DNA of 35,198 nucleotides from a virus (Duplodnaviria; Heunggongvirae; Uroviricota; Caudoviricetes): IMG/VR virus record IMGVR_UViG_2548876963_000010; one strand, 5' to 3'. Shown piece by piece: positions 17,048 to 25,846 of this stretch (position 1 is its first letter; each line of letters starts with the position of its first letter). The notes under the pieces were generated by a model. It saw only the letters and a program-made list of their open reading frames with translations, ran no database searches and was not told where the DNA came from. The position numbers and the translations under genes were made by a program.

Positions 17048-18927
17048 GCCAGCCTCACGATATAGTTGAAAGCGATATTTTTAACGGTGTTTTCGGCGTT
17101 CCCGGCGGCGTTCACCGTAATAGTGTGGCTGTGGGAACCCAAGGCGATAGTGTGGTTATGCGCGCCGATAGTCAGCGAATGAGTATGAGCGCCGATGGCT
17201 ACTGTGTGAGTATGGACACCGTCTGTACTGGTTCTGAATTTGTAGTTATCCCAGTCTGTGTCTGCAGACCCCTGATTATTACGGGTACTGTCGAAGTAAC
17301 CGTGACGTCCACCGCTGGCTTCACCCCATCCGCTGTCGTGGTTGTGAGCACCGGCTGACGCTGTTGATTTTGTCCCGTAGTCAAACGCGCTGGTATTTTT
17401 AGTACCCAAATCAGTGGAACTGGCGGTTTTAGTGCCTAAATCCGTGTTAGCTGCGCTGGCGGTGTGACCATGAGATTTAACGCCATCCTGTTCCTGAGAC
17501 AGTATCGTGCGTCCGCTGGCGGGTTTCCCCTTGATTGTCCAGCCGCGCATATCCGGGATTACACCGGAGGGGTAAGCGATTGCCAGTTTAGGGTAGGCGG
17601 TTTTATTGAAGGACTGACCGACCATCAGTGCATAGCCGCTAGGGATGGCATCGGATGGCCATGGAATGGGAGCGCCTGCTGGGTAGAGTTCTTCTGGTAA
17701 GTTTCTGCTATTAAAATCTCGCCGCCAGCCGGGAGAGTATTGTGCTCCGTGATCGATATAGATAAATTGCGCGTTGGCTATGCCTTTGGTCGATGTAGAG
17801 GGGGTAGTAATGCGGATTGTTTTTGCCGACTCAATACCCATGACCTCAATGACAGCGCCAGCCAGTTGAATATCGCCACAGCCTGTATCAGAAATGACTT
17901 TATTCGAGGCATAACTCCATGAACCTTTACACATCCAATAGGGGGTACTGAAAGCTCCCTGAACACTCAGCCAGCTTAGAAATTCAGTCGTAGTCCATGA
18001 GGCATCATTTCCACCAATAGACAGACTGCCGCTGAAGGCACGGCAGCGGCTATTGGCATTATCCATTACTATTTTGACAGCCTTCGGTGTTGCGGCCATC
18101 GCCTCACTAACGTTATTGGTTTCGCTGTTAAGCTGGATTATCCCTTTGCGCATGGTGGTCGCATCCAGTGCGGTATATTTTCCATTAGCCAGATCGTAGG
18201 CCGCTTTCACGGCTTTAGGCGTGGCGGCCAGCGTTTCGCTGATACTGTCGATGGAGCTACTAAGCTGGACAATCCCTTTACGTGAGGTGGTGGCATCCAG
18301 TGCGGTATATTTTCCATTAGCCAGATCGTAGGCTGCTTTCACGGCTTTGGGCGTGGCGGCCAGTGTTTCGCTGATGCTGTTGGTCGCACTGCTTAATTGA
18401 GTAAAACCTTTGGCAGTTAACGTGGCGTCAGGATGGTTACGGGACTGCGCGTGGCGAGTCAGGCTTTCATCCACATACTGCCTCGTTGCCAGCACCACGG
18501 CAGGGTCTATCTTCAGCTCCACGTTTTCCGTATGGGAGACAATCAGCACCATGCGGATAATCTGCGTGCGGCCCGAACCTTCGATTAACTGCGGCTTGTA
18601 GGTTGGCGGGCAGTTGCCGACGGCAATCAGTCGGTTGTACTCGTCGTACAGGCCAATTTCCCTGATCCACCATCCGCCTACATCCTCCGGTAGTACCTGT
18701 TCGGCAATAATCTGGTTGGGGTTATTAGGGTCAATACTGAGCGTGTTCAGCGGCGCACGTCGGCGTTCGTTGACTAGCCGGGTTTGGCCGGTCTCCGGCG
18801 TTGGCAGGTTACCGTTTCCGTCGCCCACGGCCATTTGCGTCAGATGAAGATGTGAACCCTGTGCGGTGGCGGTCGCCAGTGCGGATTCGCCGGTAGTGGT
18901 TAATAGCGTGAAATAGGTAGCGCTCAT
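17044..18927 (-). CDS. H: Tail fiber protein (P2 gpH-like)
   Basis: 627 aa; conserved P2-type N-terminus ([20 protein letters not shown]...), internal tandem peptide repeats and C-terminal His-rich repeat ([25 protein letters not shown]). Confidence 0.9.
18030..18425. repeat. Tandem ~132-bp repeats inside tail fiber gene H
   Basis: Near-identical DNA units starting ~18161 and ~18293 (gcatccagtgcggtatattttccattagccagatcgtagg...), third degenerate copy upstream; encode [29 protein letters not shown] twice. Confidence 0.8.
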
Positions 18928-19538
18928 GGGGCGATCCTTAGCGTATCAATCAGATGCAGCGCAGCCCCGCGGTAGTCACGGCCCACGCTGTATACATGTT
19001 CGGGAATAAAGGGATAAACGGTGAGCGTATCGCCGGTATAGTTCGTCGCGCTGAACCAGACGTATCCGTTGCTCTGCAGGCTGATCGCCAGTCCGATTAA
19101 GTGGCGTGAACAGGGTTTTGCATCATCGATCAGGCGCTCCAGCTCTACATACATCTGCTCGGTGATGCCCTGTTCGCGCACGCCGACTTCCAGCGCGAAG
19201 GTGCCGGGAATACCTTCCGGGCGCAGTTGCCACCATTCGGTTACCCGAATAAGGAAACCGAGTGGCTCCACCGCACGCTGCAGTGCGCCGATGGTGCCTT
19301 TGTGCTGATGGATGTAGAAAGAAGCAGCAATCACCTGCCGCTTGGTATCGGCTGGCCAGTTTTCATCCCAGCGGTCAACGGAAAACGCCCATGCCAGATA
19401 AGGCAACAGCGCGGCTGGGCATCTATCCGGTTGCCACAGGCTACGCAGCGGAACCGGCACTTGTTCAGTCAGGCTGCCGGTTTGCGCCAGATTCTGCTCC
19501 AGCGAGCTGGCATTGTTGGGGAGCAGGGAGCTATTCAT
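18924..19538 (-). CDS. I: Baseplate protein I (P2 gpI-like)
   Basis: Start placed at ATG 19538 (MNSSLLPNN...), 8-bp overlap with J; listed longer ORF would overlap J extensively. Confidence 0.8.
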   Translation of the reverse strand: MNSSLLPNNASSLEQNLAQTGSLTEQVPVPLRSLWQPDRCPAALLPYLAWAFSVDRWDENWPADTKRQVIAASFYIHQHKGTIGALQRAVEPLGFLIRVTEWWQLRPEGIPGTFALEVGVREQGITEQMYVELERLIDDAKPCSRHLIGLAISLQSNGYVWFSATNYTGDTLTVYPFIPEHVYSVGRDYRGAALHLIDTLRIAP

Positions 19539-20442
19539 CGCTTCCCCCGATGGCAATTTGCCATCCGGTGCAGTAACTGGCCTGCGTTTTGTTGATAATG
19601 ACATCAACGGCAGGGGAGAGCAGTTCTACGCGCTGAACGCCGGTAACATGCAGTGCGGCGTAAATCGCGCTGCGGCGAATATCACGCCCGATCCGATGCT
19701 GGTCATTAACGTAGCTTTTTAGCCGCTGCTCGGCGGCCTGCCGAATGGGTTCCTGCTCCGGGCCGGGATAGCAATAAAGTACGGCATCAATCTGATACGG
19801 GATCACTTCGGCGGACTGAATGGTTGGGCGATCGCCTACCGGACGAATATCAATATCGTTCAGGGCGGAATCGACTATCGCCAGCAGTTCTGCGCTGGCC
19901 AGCCCGTTGCCTTCGCGGGAGAGTACCGACACGGTGACGTAACAGGGATGTGGACTGATGGCGGAAACGTCAGCAATGCGCCCATCTGCGCTGCGGGCGT
20001 GATATTCGTAGGCGGCGGTCGGGCCTGCGACGGACAGACCTTCAAACGCCTGCTGTGCGCGCATTCGTAAATCGCTGTCGGATTCATGAACCGGATCAAC
20101 GGGCGGTATCGCCGTACTGTCTCCGGGAGAGATTTGCAGGCGAAAAACCTTAAAGTTAGCGACCAGATTATCCAGATCGCGCCCGGCGGCATGGGCCAGC
20201 ATATTAGCAACGGCGGCTTCATTGATGCGTACCCGCAGCGCCATCTCTAAGTAAGTATTTTCCTGCAACAGCTTGACGAAGGGTTCTGATTCATAGCCCA
20301 GCGTGCGGGTAACTTCTGCTTGCTGTTCGGCTGGATACAGGCTGATAAAGCGCTGCTTGCGGGCGGTGAACAGGGTTTCAAAATCGAGTGTTTCCACCAC
20401 ATCAGGGATGGGTAACTGGCTTAAATCGGTCAGCGCGCTCAT
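19531..20442 (-). CDS. J: Baseplate assembly protein J (P2 gpJ-like)
   Basis: Start at ATG 20442 (MSALTDLSQ...) forming ATGA overlap with W stop. Confidence 0.85.
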   Translation of the reverse strand: MSALTDLSQLPIPDVVETLDFETLFTARKQRFISLYPAEQQAEVTRTLGYESEPFVKLLQENTYLEMALRVRINEAAVANMLAHAAGRDLDNLVANFKVFRLQISPGDSTAIPPVDPVHESDSDLRMRAQQAFEGLSVAGPTAAYEYHARSADGRIADVSAISPHPCYVTVSVLSREGNGLASAELLAIVDSALNDIDIRPVGDRPTIQSAEVIPYQIDAVLYCYPGPEQEPIRQAAEQRLKSYVNDQHRIGRDIRRSAIYAALHVTGVQRVELLSPAVDVIINKTQASYCTGWQIAIGGSDE

Positions 20443-20789
20443 GGACGTCTCCTGTCGATCGGAATGGAGAATGCCCACGGCTGCCCGGGGATATCGGTAC
20501 GTTCGGCTTCAATAGTGACGCTGAGATCGGCATTTTCCGCAGCAAAGTCCACGCCGATAATCTCGAGGCGGGGTTCCCAGCGCGTCAGCGCCATAACCAC
20601 CGCCGACATCACCCGCAGCCGGGTGCCGCCATCGTTGGGCTGGTCGATCAGGTTGCCGATCAGTGAGCCATAATCGCGACGCATCACGCGCGTACCTACC
20701 GGCGTGGCCAGAATATCTTTTACGGATTGCTTAATGTGCAACTCATCGCTTAATGCTCTGCCGGTTTCGGCGTTCATACCGAGGTACAT
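20439..20789 (-). CDS. W: Baseplate wedge protein W (gp25-like)
   Basis: 116 aa; position between V and J. Confidence 0.85.
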   Translation of the reverse strand: MYLGMNAETGRALSDELHIKQSVKDILATPVGTRVMRRDYGSLIGNLIDQPNDGGTRLRVMSAVVMALTRWEPRLEIIGVDFAAENADLSVTIEAERTDIPGQPWAFSIPIDRRRP

Positions 20790-21388
20790 TACTGCGGCCC
20801 TCCGGTATTGCTACCGCCGCGCTCTACGCCTGTGTGCGTGTGGGTATGGACGGTGACGCCGTTGGAGGTAAAACTGCCGCTGCTGTGGGTGTAAGTGCCT
20901 TTAAGCGTGCCGCCTTTTTTAACCGACAGCGTGGCGGTTTCCAGATGCTGGGTGCAGACGACGAGCGGTGTATCCAGCGTGACGCGGGTGTTGGCTTCGA
21001 CCAGTGCGGTCTTGATGCCGGTGGCTTTTAACGCGCTGGAGCGCGGATCATATTCAATCACCGCACCATCGGGGTAAACGCTATGGTGAACCTGTTCATC
21101 CAGCAGCGGGGCGGGGTTGGCGTCAGAGTAAATGGCAGGAAGCGCCACGGCGGTGGTTAACTCACCGCTTAAACAGAGCAGTAACACCTGTTCGCCTGTT
21201 GATGGTCGCCACCACGTCCGGGCATCACCGGCGCGCAGCGTCAGCCACGGTATCCAGTTGGTGGTCAGTTCACCAGTGTGAATGCGTACTCGATCGCCCT
21301 TCACCTCTTCAACGGTGCCGGTACGGATCAGGTTTTCAATGCGCCGGTGCAGCTCGGCGAGGTTGGCTGGGTGGTTTGCGTCGCTCAT
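20789..21388 (-). CDS. V: Baseplate spike/assembly protein V (P2 gpV-like)
   Basis: 199 aa; first gene of V-W-J-I-H-G operon; C-terminal HTHTHTG motif. Confidence 0.85.
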   Translation of the reverse strand: MSDANHPANLAELHRRIENLIRTGTVEEVKGDRVRIHTGELTTNWIPWLTLRAGDARTWWRPSTGEQVLLLCLSGELTTAVALPAIYSDANPAPLLDEQVHHSVYPDGAVIEYDPRSSALKATGIKTALVEANTRVTLDTPLVVCTQHLETATLSVKKGGTLKGTYTHSSGSFTSNGVTVHTHTHTGVERGGSNTGGPQ

Positions 21389-21432
21389 GCCGGAATCATT
21401 GGGATTCGCGGGCGAAGAGGGAAGGGCTAAGG

Positions 21433-21455
21433 CTTGTAGGATAATGGGCTACAAG
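21433..21455. promoter_or_regulatory. Late-promoter-like dyad upstream of V operon (TGT-N13-ACA)
   Basis: gCTTGTAGgataatgggCTACAAGt; TGT 21435-21437, ACA 21451-21453. Confidence 0.55.
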
Positions 21456-21480
21456 TAAAACGCCCCTGAGTAGGGGCGTT
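21455..21480 (-). terminator. Rho-independent terminator downstream of hicB
   Basis: Minus-strand stem CGCCCCT-actc-AGGGGCG followed by TTTTAC (forward 21455-21478). Confidence 0.7.
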
Positions 21481-21494
21481 GAACGAAAAAGAGC

Positions 21495-21830
21495 TTAACC
21501 GTGCGCAGCCTTCATCAGTGTATCGTTAATCCACTGGTTAACGCTTTTACCGGAGACTTCTGCCGCAACGTTAATGGCAGAGTGAATTTCAGGTGGAATA
21601 CGCAGGCTGATTTTTCCGCTGGCCGGACGCAACGGCTCCCGGCCCCGTTCCTCGCAGTAAGCCAGATAGTCGTCTACCGCCTCTTCAAACGCTTTACGCA
21701 GATCGGCAACATTATCGGCATGAAAGCCAATGACATCCCGAATGCCTGCAACGTGACCAACAATGCATTGATCTTCATCGCTGTATTCAATTTTTGCGGC
21801 ATAGCCTCTATATGTCATGGTATTCATCAT
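21495..21830 (-). CDS. hicB: HicB-family antitoxin
   Basis: 111 aa; C-terminal RHH-like segment SLRIPPEIHSAINVAAEVSGKSVNQWINDTLMKA; 4-bp overlap with upstream hicA. Confidence 0.8.
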   Translation of the reverse strand: MMNTMTYRGYAAKIEYSDEDQCIVGHVAGIRDVIGFHADNVADLRKAFEEAVDDYLAYCEERGREPLRPASGKISLRIPPEIHSAINVAAEVSGKSVNQWINDTLMKAAHG

Positions 21831-22090
21831 GGTGTTACCCCTACAGCTTCAAGGAATGTTCTGGCATCGCGAACCTGATAGGCTTTCGCTTCTTTTTCCG
21901 GGTGTGGACGATGAAATGAAGCCACAACCTGATTAATTTCAAACCTGACGCGGGAACCGTTTCCTTCCGTAGCAATAGCCCCCAAAGCAATAAATAAGGC
22001 TTCTATTTTTCGCCATTCCAGCGTGACAGGTGTTGGCGTAGAAAAAACAGCTTGTAAGGTTTTTTTATGTTTGGCGCTTAACGTATTCAT
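21827..22090 (-). CDS. hicA: HicA-family mRNA interferase toxin
   Basis: 87 aa with GSRVRF...FHRPHPEKE...VRDARTFLEAVGV (HicA-type G-S-x-hydrophobic and H-x-P-H-P motifs). Confidence 0.8.
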   Translation of the reverse strand: MNTLSAKHKKTLQAVFSTPTPVTLEWRKIEALFIALGAIATEGNGSRVRFEINQVVASFHRPHPEKEAKAYQVRDARTFLEAVGVTP

Positions 22091-22127
22091 ACAGGGTATT
22101 TTCCATAAGTTATTTTATTCTTCCGCC

Positions 22128-22162
22128 AAGATATAATGATGATATCATTTTTTGATATCATT
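22128..22162. promoter_or_regulatory. Candidate hicAB promoter/operator: two copies of 8-bp palindrome TGATATCA
   Basis: TGATATCA at 22140-22147 and 22153-22160, separated by 5 T, immediately upstream of hicA. Confidence 0.5.
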
Positions 22163-22609
22163 TCAAGTCAGGAAGTGAACGATTAGCGCCTCTATTTTTC
22201 GCACATCCTCCGCCGAAAACCCCAGCAACTGCCTTTGTGCGTAATCCACCTCCAACCCGTAGCGATTTACCCGATCGCGCAGGCCATACTGATGAACGGC
22301 AGCCATATGTCGAACGCTGCTGAGAAACGAAATGGTTGCTCCCTGCCCATCGCCTTTCCCTTTCATATAGCGTGCGGTACGCAGCTTACGGAACATCTGG
22401 CGGCGGATCTTTCCTTTTTTACTGCGTAGCTGGAGCTTACGGGGGGCGAACGGTGAGCCGTCCGGGTTTTTCTGCGCGGTTATTCGCTGGCTTTGCGACT
22501 GGCGCAGGCTGCGGGCGATTTCCCGTGCCAGTTGGGTTCGGCTTGCCGGGGAGAGCTTTGCGAGCAGGCCATCGGCCCAGCGGTGGAGTTGTTGCAGGTC
22601 GTCGCTCAT
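22163..22609 (-). CDS. S: Tail completion protein S (P2 gpS-like)
   Basis: 148 aa; follows R as in P2. Confidence 0.8.
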   Translation of the reverse strand: MSDDLQQLHRWADGLLAKLSPASRTQLAREIARSLRQSQSQRITAQKNPDGSPFAPRKLQLRSKKGKIRRQMFRKLRTARYMKGKGDGQGATISFLSSVRHMAAVHQYGLRDRVNRYGLEVDYAQRQLLGFSAEDVRKIEALIVHFLT

Positions 22610-23067
22610 CAGGTGCTCACAATCGTTTCACCGCGACAGGCGATTTCCCAGCCGTTGTAACCGCTTTCTGGCTGCTGGTCGTTACAGTGCTTTGCTTCCA
22701 GACTACCGTCGCGCTGGCGAACAATGACGCGCTCGGTCAGCGCCAGTTTGATGCTGATATCGTAGCTCTGATGGTCGATGGCTTCGGCCTCAAACTGAAA
22801 CGCCTGCTCGCGCAGGTCGCTATTGGCGAAGGCTTCCTGCTGGTGAAGCGACATCCAGCCGACCAGCGGCACCATCAGTGTATCGGGATCGGCGGCGTAG
22901 TCGGTGATCAACAGTTCCAGCGTGTACTGGTATTCAAAACTGGTGCTGCGCCCTGCGGTGGCGACGATCCGGCCCTTATTGATAAAGACCCGCAGCGTGT
23001 CCGGGTTCTGCTGTAGATGCGGGACGCTGGCGGCCAGCAGTTCACGGATGAGCTGCGCTTTGTGCAT
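22609..23067 (-). CDS. R: Tail completion protein R (P2 gpR-like)
   Basis: 152 aa; position downstream of lysis genes. Confidence 0.8.
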   Translation of the reverse strand: MHKAQLIRELLAASVPHLQQNPDTLRVFINKGRIVATAGRSTSFEYQYTLELLITDYAADPDTLMVPLVGWMSLHQQEAFANSDLREQAFQFEAEAIDHQSYDISIKLALTERVIVRQRDGSLEAKHCNDQQPESGYNGWEIACRGETIVST

Positions 23068-23317
23068 CGATACGCTCCTGACAGCTAATCGTCATATCCA
23101 CCTGCGCAGCGCACTGGTGCCACGCGTTTTCAGTTTCCAGCAGTGCGCGGCTTAAATCCTCATTACTCTGCGGTTGCAGCGCCGGAAGCTGGCAGGGCGT
23201 CAGTTTCGGGCAATTGACGGTAAGCCGCACTGCCGGTAATGGTGGTGTGCTGGTGCAGGCGGATAATATCAGCGGGCAAAGCAGTATCAGCCCATTCACG
23301 AAGCTGTTGATTTTCAC
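23042..23317 (-). CDS. lysC: LysC, Rz1-like outer-membrane lipoprotein (o-spanin)
   Basis: 91 aa; signal peptide plus lipobox LSAC; reading frame overlaps 3' part of lysB in a different frame. Confidence 0.7.
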   Translation of the reverse strand: MKINSFVNGLILLCPLILSACTSTPPLPAVRLTVNCPKLTPCQLPALQPQSNEDLSRALLETENAWHQCAAQVDMTISCQERIDAQSAAHP

Positions 23318-23612
23318 GTTTCAGTTTCTCCAGTTGTTGATTGTGCTGCCGTAGCTGGTCATGGGCGTCGGCGGTTTGCTGTTGCAGCGTCAGGTATGCC
23401 TGCTGGTCGGCGTCGGCCTGTTGCTGGAGTTCGTCCAGTTCCTGCACTTTTGTCATCAGGGATTCGGTCAGGCTGGCAATCTGAGTGTCGGCCAGCCTGA
23501 TGTGCTGCTGCTGTTCAATAAGCTGTTCCTGCTGCGTCATACGCTGCCAGTTCGTCCAGAGCAGCATCACGCCGAGCAACAGCAGCGGCGCGGCTTTTAT
23601 CCAGCCCATCAT
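23163..23612 (-). CDS. lysB: LysB, Rz-like inner-membrane spanin
   Basis: 149 aa; N-terminal TM helix (AAPLLLLGVMLLW) followed by Gln-rich coiled coil. Confidence 0.75.
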   Translation of the reverse strand: MMGWIKAAPLLLLGVMLLWTNWQRMTQQEQLIEQQQHIRLADTQIASLTESLMTKVQELDELQQQADADQQAYLTLQQQTADAHDQLRQHNQQLEKLKRENQQLREWADTALPADIIRLHQHTTITGSAAYRQLPETDALPASGAATAE

Positions 23613-24199
23613 GCTGCCGCCTTACTGAATTTTTCGAAGGCGATCGCCAGCTTCGTATCGTACTGGTTGCGTTTGTACTGTGGCCCGTTGTAGCGGCGGG
23701 CGAACTCTGGCCAGTTCTGTACCTTCATCGCGTCGTGGATCTTCGAATTGGCCTCAACGAAGCGCACGAAGGCGTCAAGCTGCATCTGCTCGCTGTCGTT
23801 CATCTGCTTTTCAAAGTCGGCGGCAGAGGCGTAGCCCAGCGCTTTCCAGTGAAAGCCCATAATCTGGAACAGTCCCCAGCTTGCGCTCTCAATGGCGGCG
23901 GTGCTGTGGATCTGTTTCGCCAGATTCAGACGGTAGTGCTCACGGCTTCCGCCCTGATAGCCGCCTGTGCTCTTGTTCACCAGATCCGGGTAATTCTGCG
24001 CCAGCCGGTCGGCGTCCAGTCCGTGGCTTTTTAACTGGCGGTACATGATGTGGCGTTCAAACAAAAGAGCCGGGTGGCCATCGGGCAGGAAGCCGTGAGA
24101 TCGGGCTTCAACCTCCTGCACCGCCTGTAATGCCGCCAGCGGGATACCCAGATACAACGCGGCGGCCTGCTGCTGATCATGGGTGAGTGTACGAGTCAT
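23609..24199 (-). CDS. Endolysin (N-acetylmuramidase-family)
   Basis: 196 aa soluble protein between membrane proteins and spanins; family assignment from overall sequence resemblance to phage muramidases, unverified. Confidence 0.75.
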   Translation of the reverse strand: MTRTLTHDQQQAAALYLGIPLAALQAVQEVEARSHGFLPDGHPALLFERHIMYRQLKSHGLDADRLAQNYPDLVNKSTGGYQGGSREHYRLNLAKQIHSTAAIESASWGLFQIMGFHWKALGYASAADFEKQMNDSEQMQLDAFVRFVEANSKIHDAMKVQNWPEFARRYNGPQYKRNQYDTKLAIAFEKFSKAAA

Positions 24200-24491
24200 G
24201 GCGTGGCTCCTTCGGGTGATGACGTAAGGGGTTAATCAGACTGGCGACGTTGCCGCGTGCAGCGCTCAGGCAAATCAGCAGCACGATGTTGATGGCGGTT
24301 TCGGCGATAAACACGTAGCGGTACAGGCTGAAACAAATCAGTACCGCCACCGATGCGGTGCAGCACATCAGCAGCCACGCCAGCCAGCTATACAGCGGGC
24401 GATAGGTAGTACCGTGAATGCGGCGATAGAGGAACAGGCGGACGGTAATCAGCAGGCAAATAATGGCGTTAAGGCTCAGGATTAGTTTCAT
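24177..24491 (-). CDS. Small membrane protein (104 aa), holin or antiholin candidate
   Basis: Three hydrophobic segments; lysis cassette position. Confidence 0.6.
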   Translation of the reverse strand: MKLILSLNAIICLLITVRLFLYRRIHGTTYRPLYSWLAWLLMCCTASVAVLICFSLYRYVFIAETAINIVLLICLSAARGNVASLINPLRHHPKEPRHDSYTHP

Positions 24492-24877
24492 TTGCGTCCC
24501 CTTAAAAAGTCGAGCAGTTGACCGGGGTTATCCAGTTGTCGGATGGCCCATAGCAGCGCCTTGACGGTAAGCGCCGATGAGAGCAGCGCCCCGATACCGG
24601 GGGAGACTTTTTCCATCAGATGCTGCGGCAGATATCCGGCGACCAGCGCGGTAAACAGGTCGGCGGTCAGCAGGCCGATCACAAACGCCACGCAGAAGAA
24701 AATGATGCGCAGGAACAGGCCGATCTCTTTTTGCGAAATCACCAGCAGCAGCGCGCCACACAATGCGCCGAGCACTACCGGAGCCTGTAGCGTCGGGAAC
24801 AGCGTGGCAATGGAGAATGCGCTTACGGAAGCGGCGACGACGGTGCCGGTTACGGGTTCGTTCATAGTCAGTCCCAC
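24488..24877 (-). CDS. Putative holin (129 aa membrane protein)
   Basis: Multiple hydrophobic helices; immediately downstream of X and upstream of endolysin. Confidence 0.6.
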   Translation of the reverse strand: MGLTMNEPVTGTVVAASVSAFSIATLFPTLQAPVVLGALCGALLLVISQKEIGLFLRIIFFCVAFVIGLLTADLFTALVAGYLPQHLMEKVSPGIGALLSSALTVKALLWAIRQLDNPGQLLDFLRGRK

Positions 24878-25071
24878 AGGTTGATTCGTTGACGTGCGGT
24901 GGCGGGAGCCTGTTCCGGTACGTTAACCGCCGTACCGTGTGGCAGGCGCAGCGGCAGTTCGCACAGGCGCGGGTTGTTCTGGTAAAGCTGTTCGACAATC
25001 CCGGCAGTGCGCCCGAAGATGCGCCAGCAGAGCTGATCGAGCGTTTCGTTTTGCAGGCTATAGACAATCAT
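24868..25071 (-). CDS. X: Tail protein X (P2 gpX-like)
   Basis: 67 aa (P2 gpX is 67 aa, recalled); position preceding lysis genes. Confidence 0.75.
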   Translation of the reverse strand: MIVYSLQNETLDQLCWRIFGRTAGIVEQLYQNNPRLCELPLRLPHGTAVNVPEQAPATARQRINLWD

Positions 25072-25136
25072 GGTGTTTCCCGCGCGGCGTCAGGTGATGC
25101 GGGGATGGTGGCACAGGGGCGGGAAGTGAAGGGAAG

Positions 25137-25173
25137 GCTTCCGCTTGTAACTGAGGGCAGTACAAGCGGAAGC
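25137..25173. promoter_or_regulatory. Late-promoter-like dyad upstream of X (13-bp perfect inverted repeat, TGT-N13-ACA)
   Basis: GCTTCCGCTTGTA-actgagggcag-TACAAGCGGAAGC; TGT 25146-25148, ACA 25162-25164. Confidence 0.55.
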
Positions 25174-25185
25174 GATTGGCGAGGG

Positions 25186-25506
25186 CTATGCCTCGTCGCT
25201 GTCGGTATTGATGATTTTCAGTTCAGCGGACTTCTGGAGCTGGATCAGCGCCGGAAGCAGAAGCGCGGTAGCCGACAGGCCATGCCCTAGCTGGCACAGG
25301 CTTTCAGCGGAGAATTCCAGCACGTTGCTGTCGGCAAAGGAGACGAAGGTTTTACCCAGAAAATGCAGGCCGTGACATAGTCCGGCGTAGCACTCTTCGC
25401 TGCTGTTGGCCAGTAGCAGAGTATCGTCGGCGTTCAGGTGTGAAATATCCATCTTGCGGATCGCGTCCGCCAGTTCAGAGGACAGAATATTGGTTTCAGG
25501 CACCAT
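25186..25506 (-). CDS. Hypothetical protein (106 aa)
   Basis: ORF with strong RBS GGAGGTG 5 nt upstream of ATG 25506; no family recognised. Confidence 0.5.
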   Translation of the reverse strand: MVPETNILSSELADAIRKMDISHLNADDTLLLANSSEECYAGLCHGLHFLGKTFVSFADSNVLEFSAESLCQLGHGLSATALLLPALIQLQKSAELKIINTDSDEA

Positions 25507-25702
25507 GGCGCACCTCCAGCGGTTTGCAGGAGACGAACACCAGCGGGAAACCCGCCAGCAGGTCGCGAGCCTCGATTTCAGTTGTTGCCAGTACAGACAC
25601 CAGACGCAGGGGCTGGATCTCGCGCAGCAGGCGGTTGGAACGGGCGTTCAGGAAGGTGTAGAGCTTTGAATGTGCGCGTATGTTACTATTAGCGGTAGCC
25701 AT
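25496..25702 (-). CDS. Hypothetical protein (68 aa)
   Basis: ORF with RBS AAAGAGG; 11-bp overlap with downstream 106-aa gene in a different frame. Confidence 0.45.
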   Translation of the reverse strand: MATANSNIRAHSKLYTFLNARSNRLLREIQPLRLVSVLATTEIEARDLLAGFPLVFVSCKPLEVRHGA

Positions 25703-25790
25703 AGCATTAGCCTCTTTAATGTTGTGGTCAGAGGCCCGTTGGTGTTGGTAGCACCTGCGGGCTTCGTTCGTTTAAGGGTTGCAAAACATC

Positions 25791-25846
25791 ACGTAATTGC
25801 GATGTAATTACAACTACATCATTCTAAGGATTTTGTAATTACAATG
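25791..25846. promoter_or_regulatory. Candidate operator: two perfect 10-bp palindromes TGTAATTACA plus a degenerate third copy
   Basis: TGTAATTACA at 25803-25812 and 25834-25843 (the latter abuts the ATG at 25844); related cGTAATTgCg at 25791-25800. Confidence 0.6.

Noticed and set aside
17044-18927. Invertible tail fiber segment (Gin/Cin-type host-range switch)
   Set aside because: No invertase gene and no inverted repeats flanking the H/G junction; the repeats present are direct tandem repeats
24528-25067. 179-aa minus-strand ORF overlapping the holin and X genes in another frame
   Set aside because: Arg/Ala-rich low-complexity translation typical of an off-frame read through GC-rich coding sequence; the holin and X frames give proper membrane and conserved proteins
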